From Octopus vulgaris (Eukaryota): a stretch of 64,000 bases of DNA. Under the pieces are notes generated by a model. The model searched no databases. It saw only the letters and a program-made list of their open reading frames with translations, and had not been told where the DNA came from. Positions 13,388-26,988 of this stretch are shown one piece after another. Numbering within the stretch: the stretch's first letter is position 1; each line of letters opens with the position of its first letter. The translations under genes and the position numbers were made by a program. The DNA is taken from positions 61,566,001 to 61,630,000 of the forward strand of contig OX597832.1 of assembly GCA_951406725.2 (NCBI GenBank). The letters are read 5' to 3'.

Positions 13388-14024
13388 ATGTATGTATGTA
13401 TGTATGTATGTATGTATGTATGTATGTATGTATGTATGTATGTATGTATGTATGTATGTATTATGCATTAATGTATGCATGTATGCATATTTGTACATAT
13501 TCTTTTTAGCATCATGAATAATTCCCTGGTAGTTCTATCGTTGACTCAGTTACTAATAAACAATATTTATCATTGTTGCTGTTGTTGCTGTTATTTAACC
13601 CAAGGTCGGTCATCCAATGGTCAAAAATATTACACAGGTGACCATCTCCTAATTTTCTTTGCTTCTTGTTTTTTGTATATATTTTCATGGATTATATTAC
13701 CTTCCATGTGTCCTTCCGTGTTCTCAAGAAAGCCGACCATGAGTTGGGCGCTGATTGACTTCTATTTCTAGCAGGTTGCGCCTCCATATAAAGGTTTCCC
13801 CATTGTATTGATGAATTATCAGAATTGGCGTCGATGTTGTTGTTGATATTGTAGTTCTTGTTCTTGACGTTGACGTCGTCGTTGTCTTTGTTTTTGTTTT
13901 TATATTGTGTTTATGTTGTATTGTTTGTGTTTATATTGTTGTTTCTAGTTTTGTTGTTGCTGTTGTAGTTGCTTCTATTAATAATGTGGTCGCTTTGTTA
14001 TTAATGTTTATATTGTGCTTAGTA

Positions 14025-14619
14025 GGATGGGCTGTAAAGTTCATCGGTTGACGATGAGGGTGTGATGCAAGAGCTGTGAAATTTTATATGCATTAATTTA
14101 AATCCTTCTTTTCATAACTGCTTTGTTTCCTTCCAGGTAAACGGACATTCTGATTGTTCAAAGAAGACTTCAGAAGTAATTAATAGTGACTTTTCTTGAA
14201 AATCAACAAAATTTGCCATCGAGAGTTTTATAAAGTACCTGCAGCAAACGGATTTAGCTCCGAAGGGCATTCATGCTGACATGGTTGCTACATTAGGAAG
14301 GGATGGCGCCCCAACTTTATCAAGAGTGCAAAAATGGGCAGCTGAATTTAGGAGGGGAGGGGATAACCTTGAGGAAGACATAAGGTCTAGACATCCTGCA
14401 TCCGCTACCACCGCGGAAAACACTGATCGTGTTGACCATATGCTGATGGATGTCAAGCGATTGACTATAAATCAAATTGGCAATGTTATTAGCATACCCC
14501 GTGAGACAGTTAAGAATATTCTGCACAATAAACTTGTCATGACGAACGGTTCTGTTCGGCGGGTGTCACGTCTTCTCACACCTGGTCAAAAGCGAACTAG
14601 GCTGATTACATCACGGTAG
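14025..14619 (+). mobile_element. Mariner 5' fragment (TIR plus HTH region of the transposase)
   Basis: ORF 14281-14619 MVATLG..APTLSRVQKWAAEFRRG..LEED.RS.HP..A...RLTINQI...RVSRLLT is a mariner HTH with a WVPRLL-like linker; truncated before the DD34D domain. Confidence 0.9.
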
Positions 14620-14676
14620 AGTGTAGCTTGAGGGAGGTATGGTTTCTATTTTTAGCTGGTCGAAAAGCAATATAAT

Positions 14677-14890
14677 CTTTTTTACTCTAGGCACAAAACC
14701 TGAAATTTTAGGGGAAAGCTCCAGTGGATTAGATTGACCCCAGTATGCAACTGGTACTTAATTTATCGACCCCGAAATGATGAAAGGCAACGTCGACCTC
14801 GGCGGAATTTGAACTCAGAACATAAAGACAGACGAAATACCGCTAAGCATTTCGGCTGGCGTGCTACAGTTTCTGCCAGCCCACCGCCTT
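14677..14890 (-). mobile_element. Nin/Deu-domain tRNA SINE, tail type B
   Basis: Reverse complement has gttcaaattccgccgaggtcgac..cctttcatc.tttcggggtcgataaattaagtaccag and tail gtgcctagagtaaaaaaga. Degenerate 16-bp TSD cgaaaagcaatataat / cgaaaaggaatacagt. Confidence 0.85.
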
Positions 14891-16113
14891 CGAAAAGGAA
14901 TACAGTATAAAGGCTTCTGTCACTCATTTGTCATGTAGCACCGGTTAGTCATGACTCAGTCAAATTATCCATAACAATTGTATATTAGTCGTAGATTTTT
15001 CCTGTGATCTATTAACCATGTAAATATTCATGATTGAACATATCTTGAATCAAAAGCGTTCTGTTCATGACCACCACCACATGTTCTAAATCCTTGCATA
15101 ACTTTCTTTTTAAATCGATATGCTAAGGTATATAATTTTTAGTGAGTAAGGCATTCTTTTAGACTCGTTAACTCACACGCGGTCAGTTGACCAACTTGAC
15201 AATAGACACAACATCATTTATTTGGTTTTATTATTCAAACGTCTCTCAACCTAAATGATAATGTTAAAAGTAGGAAGACTTTTGTAGATCATGCTGACGA
15301 AATCTACCGAGAGAGAAACACGTGTCCACAAGTGTTCTCTTATCACCAGACAATAAGGGAGTGTTTTTGCTTGATGGCATGGAGGTTTGGGAGAAAATCT
15401 TCAATCTTGAGATTACCTTCCTTTCTCAAGTAGAGCTGGTCCCTGTTGGCATTTGGTAACAATCATGATTCCTCTTGAAGCGGAGAAAATTTTAATAGAT
15501 CAAGAATTTTTATTGTATGGTAATTAATATACCGGCGTTTAACTATGGTATTCAAATACATGCCACTGGCCACTCCGAATTATTTCTATGTGCTTAATAT
15601 TTTATATATACATATCTGCTAATATACTTGATAAATGTATAATTGGAAGTGGAGCCATTAAATTATCTGTTGAGAATTATTATAGTTTTAAATAGTTTTA
15701 ATGTTCTAAACACCCTATGTCTGTAAGGAGAGAGACATTCTATGTGTCGATCATGTAATTGAATTTCCAGATCAGCTTTCTTCTAACTGTGCAGTGTAAA
15801 ACTAACAACGCTTAAAAACTAACAAAGATTAAAAAAGAGTACTGGAGACAGTTAACACTCTCATATATAATGACATTCCCTAGAGTCGCTGTTTACCACA
15901 TCCATCCATTAATTACTTGCGGGAGATACTTGCTCAAGGTGAAGTGAACTAGAAACCTTGTGATTGCCACGGACTTTTGTAACTAGAACGCCGAGTCTGT
16001 GTCTATGTGTGTATATGTGTATGCATATGTATGTGTACATCAGTGTGTCTGTATGTGTACTGTTCTTCTGTGTGTAGATATGCGTACATGCATGCACATA
16101 TATATGTATATAT

Positions 16114-16160
<47 letters not shown>

Positions 16161-16357
16161 TATATATGTGTATATATATGTATATGCATGTATATATATA
16201 TATGTGTGTATACACATACACACACCCACATATATATATATATGTTATGTATATATATGTATATGCATATATATATATATGTATATATATATTTGTGTAT
16301 ATATGTATGTCTTTATGTATGTATCTATATATCTATCTATCTATCTATCTATCTATC

Positions 16358-16450
<93 letters not shown>

Positions 16451-16472
16451 GTGAAAAGGAACACACGAGTTG

Positions 16473-16757
16473 ATATATATGAAATAACAAGTCAAGATAG
16501 AAAATGCGAAAATAATTTTATAAAGAACATTTCAGACAATGACCTCGAACACACAAGTGCAAACAAGGGAGACAGAGAAAGGCAGAATGCCACTTATATT
16601 TGAACACTATACAAATATTCCTTTAAAAAAACTTTTCTTTTAATTTTTCTAAATTTAATTATTTAATCGTTACAGTTGAAAAGGTCTCAAAATGACCGAA
16701 ACCGGTACTGAAATGTTCTTTATAAAATTATTTTAGCATTTCCTATCTTGACTTGTT

Positions 16758-16768
<11 letters not shown>
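16473..16768 (+). mobile_element. Penelope-like non-autonomous insertion with an inverted partial terminal repeat
   Basis: Arm 16473-16535 is the reverse complement of 16708-16768. Contains a hammerhead and sits in (TA)n. Confidence 0.7.
16673..16710 (+). ncRNA. Minimal hammerhead ribozyme, U3-A8 core variant
   Basis: CAG-UUGAAAA-GGUC-UCAAAAU-GACC-GAA-ACCGGU-A-CUG; GUA cleavage triplet, predicted cut after 16707. Confidence 0.65.
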
Positions 16769-16801
<33 letters not shown>

Positions 16802-16977
16802 TATATATATAAATATACAAAGTGAGATAGGTCTTATGAGTGTAACCCATTATGGGATATCATTTATCAAATATACTGCCAGTGAAGTACCCGAAAGGCT
16901 AATACATAAATGCTTACAATTACAAAGTTCATTTATTGTATTATATGGGCGAAGGTAAAATGTTTTACCTCAAATTC

Positions 16978-17316
16978 ATTATACGAAATACGAAAATGGA
17001 GGAATAGACTCCTTACAATCATGAGGCCTTGAGATATATATATAAGTAACTCATTTTTAACTGCATATTACCTCAATACATCTGACTAATACAGGCATAA
17101 TGAGATACCCTTATCTACAGGCTGAAACAGCTGTAAGATCCATTTTATATGTATTATTTTTATTGTATTATCTTACTTATTGATGTATATTGTATTATTC
17201 AGTTTTACTCCATTGGATTTGGATGTTCCTATTTAATTAGTCAATAAATTATATGAATTGGTATTATCTGTAAGTTGATGATTGTAAGGAATCTATTCCT
17301 CCATTTTCTTATTTTG

Positions 17317-17322
<6 letters not shown>
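16978..17322 (+). mobile_element. Penelope-like relic with ~45-bp inverted arms and a 5'-clipped long-stem-II hammerhead
   Basis: 16978-17022 is the reverse complement of 17278-17322. At 17021-17139: AUGA-GGCCU..AGAUA...UAUCU..AGGCU-GAA-ACAGCUGU-A-AGA. Confidence 0.55.
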
Positions 17323-17410
<88 letters not shown>

Positions 17411-17434
17411 ATAGATATAGATATAGATATAGAT

Positions 17435-17511
<77 letters not shown>

Positions 17512-17924
17512 CAAACAGACATAAATTTTCTCCAAAAGCCTCTTGTAATGAATATGGTTATCTGAAGATATACGTACTAAAGACTCACCTTAGTGTGTCT
17601 GTGATTCTATTAACGTGTATCCCAATAGTCACAATCCTTTGAAATCTACTCTATTCTTAATTACCTCTATACGTAATTAATTAACCGTTTTTCATAAAAA
17701 AACAGCTGAAAATTACCTCTTCTCATATTTGCTCAGCCACCAAAAAGTAAAATTAAACCCAAGCAACGCCAACCCCGTCCACATCCAGCTGTCATTTACA
17801 TGCATTTCTAAAAGAAATTCTAACTCCTGCTGCTGATTCTAATTTACTTTTTCTTATAACATTCTTTACCAAAATAAATCTTCTGCTCAGTTTAATAACA
17901 TCGTTGTTATCAAAGTTCCTGATG

Positions 17925-18131
17925 TTAGCACAAGGCTTGCAATTTCGGGAGTGGGATCGGTAATCGATTACATTGACACCAGTTCTCACCTGGTACTGAC
18001 TTTATATTGATCTCGAAAGGATGAACAGCAAAGTCTACCTCAGGAGAATTTGAACCCAGAATGTAAAGAGAGACGGAATGCTGTTTAGCATTTTACCAGG
18101 CGTGTTAACGATTCAGCCAGCGCGACATCTT
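17925..18131 (-). mobile_element. Nin/Deu-domain SINE (diverged)
   Basis: Reverse-complement match to the family head and central domain. Confidence 0.75.
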
Positions 18132-18374
18132 AACACCGCTGTTATAACGATAAGAAATTAATCTCAGTAATATCAAGTTGTGTGCTCGCATAAAGGTCAC
18201 ATGTAAAATGAGGTTCTGTCTAATACGCGATTCAGTCAATGGACGACTGTCATGCTGAGGCAACGGCGTGCGCGGTGTAGTCGAAAAACCGTGCCCTCTA
18301 ATTATATTTCTTTATATATATTATAACCAATATATATTATAACCAATATATATTATAACCAATATATATTATAA

Positions 18375-18758
18375 GGTGGAGGCGCAATGGCCCAGTGGTT
18401 AGGGCAAGGGACTCGCGGTCGTAGGATCGCGGTTTCGATTCCCAGACCGGGCGTTGTGAGTGTTTATTGAGCGAAAACACCTAAAGCTCCATGAGGCTCC
18501 GGCAGGGATGGTGGTGATCCCTGCTGTACTCTTTCACCACAAATTTCTCTCACTCTTACTTCCTGTTTCTGTTGTACCTGTATTTCAAAGGGCCGGCCTT
18601 GTCACTCTTTGTGTCACGCTGAATATCCCCGAGAACTACGTTATGGGTACACGTGTCTGTGGAATGCTCAGCCATTTACACGTTAATTTCACGAGCAGGC
18701 TGTTCCGTTGATCGGATCAACCGGAACCCTCGACGTCGTAACCGACGGAGTGCTTCCC
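18375..18758 (+). mobile_element. Full-length tRNA-derived SINE (head 1 plus body X)
   Basis: A box tggcccagtgg and B box gtttcgattccc. Perfect 11-bp TSD atatattataa (18364-18374 / 18759-18769) inside a 16-bp minisatellite. Confidence 0.88.
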
Positions 18759-18909
18759 ATATATTATAACCAATTATATTGGTTTTCTTTTTGCAAAACC
18801 GGTCGCTTACGGTGACGTAAACAAACTGACATCGGTTATTAAGCAGTGGTAAGGGACAATTACAAAAACAAAGATCAACTCTTGTATATACATGTATATC
18901 TGAGAATAA

Positions 18910-19135
18910 AGACGTCTATGACGGAGTTAGTACAATCTCACGAAATGCAAGCCGGCGGTCACGCATAAGATCTGCACGAAAAGACAATTCCGTTGACCAG
19001 ACAGTTACTCACATACTTCGTGAAGTCAGTGGCCGCATTTATACATCTGGCGCAGGCCTGGTGGGCCATCAGGTAAGCCATGCAGAAAGACCATTTACAT
19101 ACTACGGCGACATTTTTGCTGGGGCCAACATCACG
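18910..19135 (+). mobile_element. RTE-like LINE 3' remnant
   Basis: Translates to EVSGRIYTSGAGLVGHQVSH, a decayed version of the RTE C-terminal CxxCGRxCxSRxGLxSHxRxH zinc finger. Confidence 0.45.
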
Positions 19136-20474
19136 TGCACTGTATAAATCGCTTAGGTTTATCTAGGTACAGGTGGGGTTAACAGAAAAAATTCATCTGA
19201 ATTATCCGGAACAACCAAGAAGTGAGAAGCGATTTCTATGAATTTCGAACCTACAGCAAGTTCTGTAAGTCACTGGAAGGATCAAGAACCATTGTCATTC
19301 AAACATGTAATGTTGTGATTACACTTTATTTAGTCAACCATTTAGTCAAAACGTTGAACTAGTCGACATACATTATATATGCACACATATATATATGCAC
19401 ATATGTTTGTGTATGTTGTTATGCATGTATACACACATACACACAGACATACACAGACATACACACACACACGCAGTGATATACATGCAGATATGAATAT
19501 ATATGTGTATAAGTCCGTGCCCCATCATATTCGCAGTCTAGTGACTGATATTAATAAAAGCTAAAAGATGAGATATAAAGACATTATACAATATGTGAGT
19601 GTGTGTATGTATGTGTGTGTGGGGCATAGAAAATAGATATAACGATTAAGAAAAAACATGGAGCACGGGAAATAAAATGAAACAAAAATATGAGAAGGTG
19701 AAGGTATCTTCCATCAGCTGTCGCTCGAAGCTACTTGCAATTTCTATACTTAAATACAGGACAACTGCCATCCAGTACAACATATAGATACAAGATTCGT
19801 TTTATCGGGAAATAATGCAGTAAAAAAAAAAAGATTAAAAGATATGAGAAGTATATTTAGGTTTTTATAACAAGCAAAGCAGATGGGAATTTATTGTCTG
19901 TATCAAAGTGTACTAACCGAACAGTAAGTGTGCACAGAAGACAGAACGACGGTATGCTGCTTCGTCTTAAATAAAGCGAAATAAAACAAAGGTTAGTTAT
20001 GCATAAAAAATAGATAACGCAAATAGTTGCCAGTAATTAATAATTTGAATATTGGCCCTTCCATACAAAAATACCTGATAGATTTCGATGAAAGCCGGAT
20101 AGAAAAGGAGTACAAGAAACAAGAGAGAAAGAGTCAGTTGAATTGGTTTCTAGTAAGGAATGGGAGACCAGAATCAGAGACCAGAGGAAATGGTACACAT
20201 AGTGAGTAAGGTAGGCTGTAGAAAGTGGAGGATGAAGTGTAGAAGTGGAGGATGAAAGAGAGTTGGAAGAAAAGGGAAGGTGTAATATTTAATGAGAGAA
20301 GGAAAATAAATTGAAAAGCGTGTCTCATTTGGAGAGATTTAGTAAGAAGAATAGTGCAACGGAAAGATCTGAGTACCTTAGGGACCAAAAGAAATAAAAT
20401 AGGCCAACAACGACAACAACAGCAACAACCTAAACCAAATCGACACAACCAAATAAATTCATATGTGCGTGTGT

Positions 20475-20512
<38 letters not shown>

Positions 20513-20688
20513 GTGAGTCTGTGTGCGTATGTGTGTGTGTGCGTGTGCGAGTGCATGTCTATGTATGTACATACTTAGCAATTTAATATATTTATCACTA
20601 CATCACACTGTCGCTTAATATATATATATATATTATATATATACATACACACACACACATATATATATATATAAACACACAAACACAC

Positions 20689-20750
<62 letters not shown>

Positions 20751-21111
20751 CCTATATGTGTTTATGTGGGTGTTCCTGTATGTATCATAGACAAATTACA
20801 TATTTTTAAACGAAATAATTAATTATTTGCATATTACGTATTAATGTGCACACATTCTGAAAAGACATACACATATAAAAAAAAAACAAAAGACCACAAT
20901 CACAAACTCCCACACACATACACCCCCACCCCCACCCCCACACACACAAGCATTTATGCATGCATATTTAAACGTTTATACAAATACTAAACAGTGCAAG
21001 ATACACGAGTGCAAAAATACACATACATAACACTTGGAACTCTCTAGAAGTTCGATATCAACACATGCTCATACACGATTCTGCGATTATGAATTTATGA
21101 GGCATATATGC

Positions 21112-21188
<77 letters not shown>

Positions 21189-21254
21189 TGTGTGTATGTA
21201 TATATGTATATATATCTATATATCTTTATATATATTTACACATACACACGCACC

Positions 21255-21290
<36 letters not shown>

Positions 21291-21293
21291 TAG

Positions 21294-21324
<31 letters not shown>

Positions 21325-21904
21325 CATACATATCTATATATATACATATTAAATTTGTGTGTATATTATATATATATATTTGTACTTGTATTATATATAC
21401 ACATATAACTTATATATGTGTATGTGAGTGTATATGTGTATGTGTGTGTGTGTGTGTGTATGTGTGTGTGTGTGAGTGTGTTAAAACAGTAAATACATCG
21501 CCGTAATTATTTCCAATCAAAAATTCAAAAAACGCAATGCACTTCTACCGTCTATTATCGACTTGTAAATCGTCATTAAAAATGGCTATTTTGTAAATTT
21601 CTTATAACATAACATAGACCGAATAAAAAGTAAAAATATTTAATTTTCAGATTTATTTGATAAAAACCGTACCTTAATTACATGGATGTCTAGTCATTAT
21701 ATATATTTTCAATAAACTAAAGTTCAGTACAGTAATATCGTAAAATTTGTTGATGTGATGGCGCGGTGTTGGCGATGGGTTTGAGTTTAAAAGTTATGTT
21801 TTATGCAGCTTTATTAAAATGTACGTATGTATGCATGTGAATATATATATAATATATATGTATATATATGCCCACATACATATATTCATATATATGTATG
21901 TATG

Positions 21905-21973
<69 letters not shown>

Positions 21974-22043
21974 CATATATATAACTATATGAATGTATAT
22001 GTATGTATGCGCGTGTATGTATATACATAGCTGTATGTATGTC

Positions 22044-22085
<42 letters not shown>

Positions 22086-22206
22086 AGTGTGTGTGCGTTA
22101 GTGTGTGTACGTATATTCCGTTTATATTGAAATATTTTGCTGATACGAATGTGTAACTGTGTGCGTGTGTTTGTGTGTATGTGTATGTATGTGTAAATAT
22201 ATATGT

Positions 22207-22260
<54 letters not shown>

Positions 22261-22834
22261 GTATACCAATATATTTGAATATATATATACATATACAAAT
22301 TTTGTACCCCAAAACTATTATTGGTCGTTCTTTCTTTTTCCTTCTATTTATTCTTTGATACATTAAAACACTTTACGAAGATTTATGGTTTATATACATA
22401 CTTATATACCCACACATATATACACACATATATATGCATGTATACATATACATATATGCATGCATACATATATATATATATATGCATGCATACATACACA
22501 CACATACACATACACAGATATATATATATAGATATGCATATTTGTATATATACATATATGCATACATAAGTATATATATATTTATATATATATATATATA
22601 CACATAAAAATAGTTATATGTATATCTATTTATACATACATATATATGTGTGTGTGTATGTGTGCCTATGGCCTTCTTATATGTCTATAAATTTTTAATT
22701 GCGTCGACACTTAATAAAAAAGAATACGACACCCCACCCCCGACTGATGTTACCACACCCTGAGATTTATAATTTATTACACCTTAATAATATATCAACA
22801 TACAAATATCAAAGGACAAGCTGCTCTATACCAG

Positions 22835-22884
<50 letters not shown>

Positions 22885-22886
22885 AG

Positions 22887-22931
<45 letters not shown>

Positions 22932-23253
22932 CTATATATATATATATATATACATGCGTATATATATATGCTTATATATATATATGCATATATATATATA
23001 TGCTTATATATATGTATATATGTATATGTATATAAATATGTATTTATATATGCTTATGTTTATATATATATATATATATATGTATGTATATATGTATATA
23101 TATGTAAGAATAAATATGCATATATTTATATATATAGACATGTATATGCATGTATATGCATGTATACGTGTCTGTATATATACATATACACAGATACGTA
23201 TGTATATGTATACATGTATATATGTGCATATAGATATATGTATGTCTCTATAG

Positions 23254-23310
<57 letters not shown>

Positions 23311-23407
23311 GTGAGAGAGAGAGAGAGAGGAAAAGAAGTGATAGACAGATAGACAGATAGATACATGGATAGATATGCATGTATGTATATGCATCCTCCT
23401 ACGCAAA

Positions 23408-23444
<37 letters not shown>

Positions 23445-23596
23445 GTATAAGTGTTTTTATATGTGTGTCTGTAACCGGTTGATGTACCATTGTCAAAATG
23501 GTTACTCTTATTTCCTTCGGCGTAACCAGTTATTATTCGTAATACGAAGCTATCACTAAACGCCTCTATAGCTGCCGCTGTTGCTGCCCCAGCTCC

Positions 23597-23665
<69 letters not shown>

Positions 23666-23707
23666 TATTATTAACTAGCAATACTAGTTTTCATGGTTAT
23701 TATTTTA

Positions 23708-23905
23708 AGCTGGCAGAAAATTGCAAGCACGCCGGGCAACGTGCTTAGCGTCAGTTCTCCCATTTTCGTATCTGCGTTCAAATCCTACCAAGATCGACTT
23801 TGCTTTTTATCGTCTCGGGATCCATAAAATATGCGCTAGTTGAGCCCAAGGATGTGTCAAATGATGCGCTTTCCCACGAAATTTCAGGGCTTGTGACCAT
23901 AGATG
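23708..23905 (+). mobile_element. Nin/Deu-domain SINE (diverged)
   Basis: agctggcagaaa..agcacgccgggca..gtgcttagcg...gttcaaatcctaccaagatcgactttgctttt. Confidence 0.7.
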
Positions 23906-24231
23906 AAAGCATTATTGGTATTAATGTTATTCTTCTTCTTCTTGACGTTGTTTATTATAATTATTATTGCCCCGGTAAAATCTTTTCTTCAGAGCTCTGA
24001 TAATTATGATTATTTTACGAACCGAAATAGAATTACAAAAAACTATTTGTTCATTGGAAGTATATGAAAACAATATCCTTTTTTAGAATATGTTTGGAAT
24101 TACACAAAAACGGTCATTTTTAAGATTTCGCTTTCTTTTTCAGTTTCTTTTGTCGCACACTTTTGGCTGACCGGTCGCGGTGATGACGAGAATTGTCCAC
24201 CAAAACTGCATTGACGCTGAAATTTAGACAG

Positions 24232-24593
24232 TGTCACGTGACAGTTCGCTGGTGTTGGCTGCTGGAGCCTACCAGCGAGTATTTAAAGGGAAATTTAGCA
24301 TTACATTCAGTCGCCCGTTGACACACGTTGATCCTGCATCGAAAAGGCCAAGGAACAGAAGAATGAAGTAGAAAGAAGAAATACACTCAACGCCAGAGCT
24401 GAAGACACCTCCGAAAGAGGAGCCCCGCCACGTCGAAAACGGTAGAGGAATAGGGGCCGAAACCGGACGTGATCCCTCCTGGTGATGCCTTTAGCCACTG
24501 GGTCCTGTAAAGGAGCTGTTGAGCTAGCAAACCACGAAACGCGGTTGGAATTCCTCCTGTCAAAGAAAGAAATTAAATAAACGAATTGAAACA
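24232..24593 (+). mobile_element. Possible solo LTR
   Basis: TGT...ACA ends with flanking 4-bp ACAG repeats (24228-24231 / 24594-24597), a TATA-like tatttaaa, and aataaa near the 3' end. Confidence 0.4.
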
Positions 24594-24659
24594 ACAGCAA
24601 CAGACATTGACAAAAGTCAACGAAAAAAAAACAGAAGGAATTGTTTGCAGAATCAGTTT

Positions 24660-24915
24660 ATATTCTGCGAATTCCTCGACTCCAAGGATTGATAAGGCTG
24701 GTTACACGATGTCCATGTCGTATAAAGTGATGGAAATAATAACAGTTCCTCTGGATGGGAAGCTAGTCCGTCGAATGGTCACTCATTTACAGTCGAGCAG
24801 ACTGGAGCTGCGTGAAATAAAGTGTTTTGGTGTAGAAGACGAGGCACCGTCCAGACCGGGAATTGATGCTATATTCTTGTGATCGTGTGTGCAACGCCCT
24901 AACCACAAAACCACA
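24660..24915 (-). mobile_element. CORE-type tRNA SINE (CORE head plus body Y)
   Basis: Reverse complement: gtggttagggcg...cactttatttcacgcagctccagtct...aaatgagt...cgacggactagcttcccatccagagg...tatacgacatgga. Confidence 0.65.
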
Positions 24916-25597
24916 CAGAACAGACATTTACGAAAGCTATATTTAACAATAAGAATAAAACTACAAAAATTAACAATGGCAATATACGGAGGTTTTTCAG
25001 GCGGCGAGTTTAATTAATATAATAACATATAGAGTAACCTTTGTCAGTGTGTGAAGTCAAGTAGAGGCGTTGGAGAGAGGGAAGTGAAAACTGAGATGTT
25101 TTAGAAGACCTTATCACGTGAGACTTTGTAGATCACAACGAAACTTGTACATGAGAAAAAAAAAAAAGAAAAGTCACCGTGAAGATTCAATTTTTCCTCA
25201 AAACTGTAACGAAATGTCCTTCACTACATAATAGGAAACGTTCTCTTGAGTGATAGGAAGACAAGGCGTGATTTTGGGAAGCGGCAAATCAAGTTGCAAG
25301 CAAGCTCAAAAGTGTGACACGACCCTGCTTATACAGTTTGGGGAAGAATAATGCAAAGAGTGAATTTCTGGAAGACTAACTCTGATACTGATCCTTGTCT
25401 TGTCTGTCAACTATGCATCGTAATATCGGTGGGTGTGTGATCAGCACAAAGATGAGGACGGGTGATGTTATCGATATGTACTCACACAAATTCTCTCCAC
25501 TAAATATAGATATGTATGTAAAGCAGGCAGTTACATATACAATTGCAGCTCTCTCCTTCCAGTACCAACCAATTCAATGATTCTACCAAGATTTGGA

Positions 25598-25739
25598 GGT
25601 AAGTAGCTTGTTCCCAACCACATGGTTCCAGGTTCAGTCCCACAGCGCGGCACTTTGGGAAAGTGTCTTCCACAATAACCTCGGACCGACCAAAGCCTTG
25701 AGAGTAGATTTGGGAGACGGAAACTGAAATAAGCCTGTC

Positions 25740-25799
<60 letters not shown>

Positions 25800-26033
25800 G
25801 TATGTGTGTGTATATGTTTTTGTAGCTGTGTTTGTCCCCTCCCACCATCGCTTGACAACCGATGGTGGTGTGTTTACGTCCCCATAACTTAGCGGTTCGG
25901 CAAATGAGACGATAGAATAAGTACTAGGCTTACAAAGAATAAGTTCTGGGATTGATTTGTTTGATTAAAGGTGGTGCTCCAGCATAGCCACAGTCAGATG
26001 ACTGAAACAAGTAAAAGAATAAAAGAATAAAAA
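25598..26033 (+). mobile_element. CORE-like tRNA SINE with an internal (TA)n(TG)n tract
   Basis: Head ggtaagtagcttgttcccaaccacatggttccaggttcagtccc, then microsatellite, then tail ...gtgctccagcatagccacagtcagatgactgaaacaagtaaaagaataaaag. Homologues at 34139, 54984 and 60095. Confidence 0.85.
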
Positions 26034-26399
26034 GGTAAAGCAAAAAGTACCATTAATTAACTGGGGTCCGAGAACCGATGCTGTGGCCTGAAAGGAAAGC
26101 TCTGTCTTGAAACCAATAAACCAGGTGTCGTCTCAAAAAATTCTGCTCCGCATCCAACCACCTGTTCTTCCTTGCCGAAATAATTCTAGCGGTATATGTT
26201 CCATTCCTGTTAGCATCTATTTGACATACACTTTCAATTAAACACTAAAGAGATACAGATTTGCGAAACCGTTTCTTGTATAAAGACAAGGTCAGAAATT
26301 TTGAGAGGCGGGGCACTACTCTCGAACATATTTAACTGGTAGGTGATAGGTAAAATTAATATGAGAAACTGCTGGAGCTACTCAGAGCTTTTGCAAGCG

Positions 26400-26720
26400 C
26401 TTCTAAATATCTTGTATGGGCAGCAGGCTTCTCAGAATCACAAACATTTCATACCTAAGCTTGTATCCTTCGCCTGAGTTGGGTAACACGAACTGAGCTA
26501 GTCTTCGCTTAGGACAAGGTTCCATTAGCGGTCTTTTATCAACCAGAACCACCTTCAGCTAGTTCCAGCTGTGATACCTATTTCTTTTATGGCCTTCTTC
26601 AGTTGTCTATGTTCCAGACTTATCTTGTACATGAAATAACGCACTGCCGCAGGTGGAAAGCCGCGGCAGCCGACTTCAGTGTGGAATGAGGGTGCATTTC
26701 CTTGACTAGGGCCTCATCAA
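26400..26720 (-). mobile_element. HERO/NeSL-like non-LTR retrotransposon 3' remnant (REL endonuclease end)
   Basis: Minus strand translates to EALVKE..EVGCRGFPPAAVRYFM...AIKEIG...S*RWFWLIK; EVGCRGF is typical of HERO-type REL C-termini. Confidence 0.6.
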
Positions 26721-26988
26721 CTGAGTACATTACTGATATCGACTCTGACATAAAAAATGCAAATAGAACACTTGCGAGTAATTAAGTTATAGAATGCTTG
26801 TATTCAACAACAAATATTCTTGCTTGAATTAATTAAGGGTACAATTGCTTAGGTCATAATGGGTTATCTTCGACTATCATTAACAGGCCTCATATCCCTT
26901 CTAAAGTTCTTATAGTCAAATTAAACGGGCTATCTATCTATCAATGTATCTCCATTCTTCATTGTTTCTGTCTGTCTTTCTCTCCCTG

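Noticed and set aside
15291-15330. Hammerhead-like CUGACGA...GAAACACGUGUC
   Set aside because: Stem II has only 3 bp with mismatched closing pairs and stem I only 2 bp. A similar sequence near 25120 lacks the motif, so it is probably chance.
18375-18450. tRNA gene candidates at 18375, 46501 and 11004
   Set aside because: No closed acceptor stem or poly-T terminator; they continue into repeat bodies (with TSDs at 18375 and 46501), so they are SINE heads.
19001-19072. Apparent 72-nt in-frame exon (ccag|...cag|gtaagc)
   Set aside because: The acceptor has a weak pyrimidine tract, and the translation fits a decayed RTE C-terminal zinc finger that continues across the donor.
25990-26015. SINE tail cagtc-agat-gactgaaacaagta resembling a hammerhead 3' half
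   Set aside because: No CUGANGA or stem I upstream in any copy; treated as an ordinary tail hairpin.
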